Source: Gammaproteobacteria bacterium (lineage in GTDB: Bacteria; Pseudomonadota; Gammaproteobacteria; Pseudomonadales; Pseudohongiellaceae). Taken from it: DNA of 64,000 bases. The stretch spans positions 57,283 through 121,282 of the forward strand of contig JAUHWU010000001.1 of assembly GCA_030427065.1 (NCBI GenBank), read 5' to 3'. The first letter of the stretch is position 1; every line of letters begins with the position of its first letter. The notes under the pieces were generated by a model. That model was not told the DNA's origin, searched no databases, and saw nothing but the letters and a program-made list of their open reading frames with translations. The position numbers were made by a program, and so were the translations under genes. Shown in pieces: positions 61,642 through 64,000 of the stretch.

Positions 61642-62688
61642 TTATTCCGAAATTCCCAGCTGATACTGACGCACCGCACGCTGGTGTTCTTCCAGAGAAC
61701 TGGAGAAATAGTGACTGCCATCCCCCCTGGCTACAAAATAGAGTGTATCACTCTCGTCAGGATGCAGACTGGCGAATATCGATTCCCGACCTGGCAAGGC
61801 AATCGGTGTTGGTGTCAAACCGCTGTTCAAATAGGTATTGTAAGGTGAAGCGGTTCGCAAGTCAGTTCTGGTGAGATCACCATCGTAACTGTCACCCAGA
61901 CCATAGATGACGGTAGGATCTGTTTGCAGGCGCATACGCTGTTGTAAACGCCTGATAAAGACTCCGGCAATCTGCTGCCTTTCAGATGCCAGACCCGTTT
62001 CCTTTTCTATAATGGAAGCCATAATCAGCGCTTCATAGGGGGCAGAATATGGCAGACCGACATCTCTGCCCTGCCACTCTTCTGCCAGTATTTTTTGCAT
62101 GGTATCAGCAGCCCGTAATAATAAATCCCGGTCAGTGGTGCCCCGGCGAAAATTATAGGTGTCAGGAAAGACAAGACCTTCAGGGTATTTTTCAGTTTGC
62201 AGTAGTTGCTGTAATTGGGCCCTGAGTTGTTCCGGGTTATCCGCATCCAGCGTAGTGGTGATCATGGGATGATTCTGAATGGCCACCACTGCCTGGGCCA
62301 GTGTCCAGCCCTCCAGCAGAATCACCTGATAAATAATGACGTCACCCCTAGCCAGTTTTTCCAGCAGCATGCGTGGAGTCATCTCGGGAGTCAGCAGATA
62401 ATCACCGGCTTTTATGTTATTGGCCAGTCCGGAAAACCGGCCATACAGTCTGAGGTCAAATGGATGATCGACAATACCTTCTGCCGCCAGCCTGCTGACC
62501 AGTCCCGAAAAGGTGGTTCCAGGCTCAATGACAATGCTGTAGCCGTTTTCCAGTACACTTTGCTCACTCTGGAGAGTATCAAGCTGGATCGGGGAATTGA
62601 TGTGCTGGAGAAAAAAAATTCCGCGCAGGACCGAACACGCAAGCACAATATAAACCCAGAGCAAAACTCTTTTTTTATCAGGCAACAT
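61642..62688 (-). CDS. mltG: Endolytic murein transglycosylase MltG (YceG family)
   Basis: N-terminal TM, ASIIEKET catalytic-Glu context, LQTDPTVIYG, SPYNTY. Confidence 0.9.
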   Translation of the reverse strand: MLPDKKRVLLWVYIVLACSVLRGIFFLQHINSPIQLDTLQSEQSVLENGYSIVIEPGTTFSGLVSRLAAEGIVDHPFDLRLYGRFSGLANNIKAGDYLLTPEMTPRMLLEKLARGDVIIYQVILLEGWTLAQAVVAIQNHPMITTTLDADNPEQLRAQLQQLLQTEKYPEGLVFPDTYNFRRGTTDRDLLLRAADTMQKILAEEWQGRDVGLPYSAPYEALIMASIIEKETGLASERQQIAGVFIRRLQQRMRLQTDPTVIYGLGDSYDGDLTRTDLRTASPYNTYLNSGLTPTPIALPGRESIFASLHPDESDTLYFVARGDGSHYFSSSLEEHQRAVRQYQLGISE

Positions 62689-63514
62689 TGGCTTTCAGTA
62701 GTTCCTGAAACAGGCGCTGGGCCTGCCGGCTAAATTTCGCGTCTGAACCATCAATATCCCGAGCCACTGTTTTGCCGGCAGTTTGAATGCTGTTAACGGG
62801 CCAGATGCCAAAAACACTGTTACAAATGAAAATTTCACTCGCTTCCAGCAATCTATCCAGAGAACACTCACTGATTTCACTCGCACCGGGTATATTGCCC
62901 AGCAAATAATCACGCATGATGCCTGCAACCCCGCAGTTTGATAGTGATGGGGTTAATAAACTGTCGGCTTCAGTCCAGAAGATATTGCTGCGGGTACCTT
63001 CAATAATATTGCCGTTGGTATCCAGCATGATGCCTTCCATAAAGCTCTCATTGGGCCATTCCTGAGAGGCCAGCACCTGTTCAAGCCGGTTCAGGTGTTT
63101 GATACCTGCCAGAGACGGCTGAATTGCAAGTCGTTGATTACAGATAAAAGTGGCTATTCCAGTCCTCCCGGGGTCCCCCTCATAAACTGGCAAGGGGTGA
63201 AGACTGAGAATACGGGTAGTATGCGGGGTATTCACCGGACGATAACCCCTTCCCCCCACTCCGCGGGTAACAATCACTTTAAGCACACCATGCTCGGGAA
63301 ATTGCTGTGAATAATCGGCAATTTCCTGTTCCAGCTGTAATCTGTCCAGGGGAATTTTTAAACGCCCGGCGCCTGATTCCAGTCGATGCAGATGCGCTTT
63401 CAGGAGAACTGCTTTATGAGCGTGGATCAGGATGGTTTCAAAAACACCATCACCGTAAGCCAGCCCTCTGTCATTGATGGCAATGGTATCCTGGCTTGAT
63501 CCATTGACGATCAT
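62678..63514 (-). CDS. pabC: Aminodeoxychorismate lyase (class IV aminotransferase fold)
   Basis: NDRGLAYGDGVFET...IKHLNRLEQV...GIMR. fabF-pabC-mltG synteny as in Pseudomonas. Confidence 0.8.
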   Translation of the reverse strand: MIVNGSSQDTIAINDRGLAYGDGVFETILIHAHKAVLLKAHLHRLESGAGRLKIPLDRLQLEQEIADYSQQFPEHGVLKVIVTRGVGGRGYRPVNTPHTTRILSLHPLPVYEGDPGRTGIATFICNQRLAIQPSLAGIKHLNRLEQVLASQEWPNESFMEGIMLDTNGNIIEGTRSNIFWTEADSLLTPSLSNCGVAGIMRDYLLGNIPGASEISECSLDRLLEASEIFICNSVFGIWPVNSIQTAGKTVARDIDGSDAKFSRQAQRLFQELLKANVA

Positions 63515-63523
63515 TCCCTGCCC

Positions 63524-64000
63524 TCAGACTCTGGTAAAAATGAGACTGCCATTGGTACCACCAAAGCCGAAGGAATTACTCATGACAGCATCAATTTTGA
63601 CGTCCCGTGCAGTATTGGGAACATAGTCCAGATCACAGCCTTCACCAGGTTGGTCAAGATTAATGGTAGGAGGCGCAACATTGTCCAGCAGGCTCTTGAT
63701 TGAAAAAATAGCTTCAACGGCACCGGTGGCGCCCAGAGAATGCCCCATCATCGACTTGGTAGAACTGATTGGCAGTGTCGTGCTGTGCTCTTTAAATACC
63801 GACTTGATCGCCATGGTTTCAGCCCTGTCACCTGCAAGGGTCGAGGTACCATGGGCATTAATGTAGTGCAGTTGATCGTTATTCAAGCCGGCATCATTAA
63901 GAGCGTTAACCATGCAGCGTGCGGCGCCCTCACCGTTCTCCGAGGGAGACGTGATGTGATAGGCATCTCCACTCATACCGAAACCTGCAACTTCCGCAAG
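63524..64000 (-). CDS. fabF: 3-oxoacyl-ACP synthase II, C-terminal part; the 5' end lies beyond the window
   Basis: [44 protein letters not shown]. The frame stays open to the window edge. Confidence 0.9.
   Translation of the reverse strand, partial: LAEVAGFGMSGDAYHITSPSENGEGAARCMVNALNDAGLNNDQLHYINAHGTSTLAGDRAETMAIKSVFKEHSTTLPISSTKSMMGHSLGATGAVEAIFSIKSLLDNVAPPTINLDQPGEGCDLDYVPNTARDVKIDAVMSNSFGFGGTNGSLIFTRV

Overview
This is a dense, mostly housekeeping chromosomal segment of a gammaproteobacterium, roughly mid-40s %GC by eye. Local gene order mixes E. coli-like blocks (uvrC-pgsA-tRNA Gly/Cys/Leu; msbA-lpxK-ycaR-kdsB; tusE...yccA-tRNA-Ser) with a Pseudomonas-like block (fabF-pabC-mltG-tmk-holB-pilZ). 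In order, the window holds: nuoD(partial)EFGHIJKLMN; an orphan small serine recombinase; lolCDE; comEC; exbBD; msbA-lpxK-ycaR-kdsB; an LMW-PTP; murB; uvrC; pgsA; and a tRNA-Gly/Cys/Leu cluster. After the tRNAs comes a small AT-richer stretch with membrane ORFs, then pdxJ, glcDEF, a tandem pair of membrane-anchored ExeA/GspA-like ATPases, msrA, a 5'-nucleotidase and tauE-like/cysB/cysH. The remainder is thrH, a CoA-pyrophosphatase Nudix, pabB, tusE-tusBCD, yccA, tRNA-Ser, prc, an orphan tyrosine recombinase, gor, an AmrZ-like Arc regulator, alkB-like, ggt, an FAD oxidoreductase and pilZ-holB-tmk-mltG-pabC-fabF(partial). I saw no CRISPR array, IS element, prophage block or recognisable defence operon. 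The only multi-gene unit I cannot assign a function from family knowledge is the ExeA-like ATPase pair at 36168-39294. It combines one intact and one apparently degenerate P-loop protein, the latter carrying long disordered linkers and a periplasmic NTF2-like end domain, and it has no secretin or pilus context. That pair is my best candidate for something undescribed. The two isolated recombinases are the next most interesting items. All family assignments come from reading motifs in the supplied translations; no database search was run.
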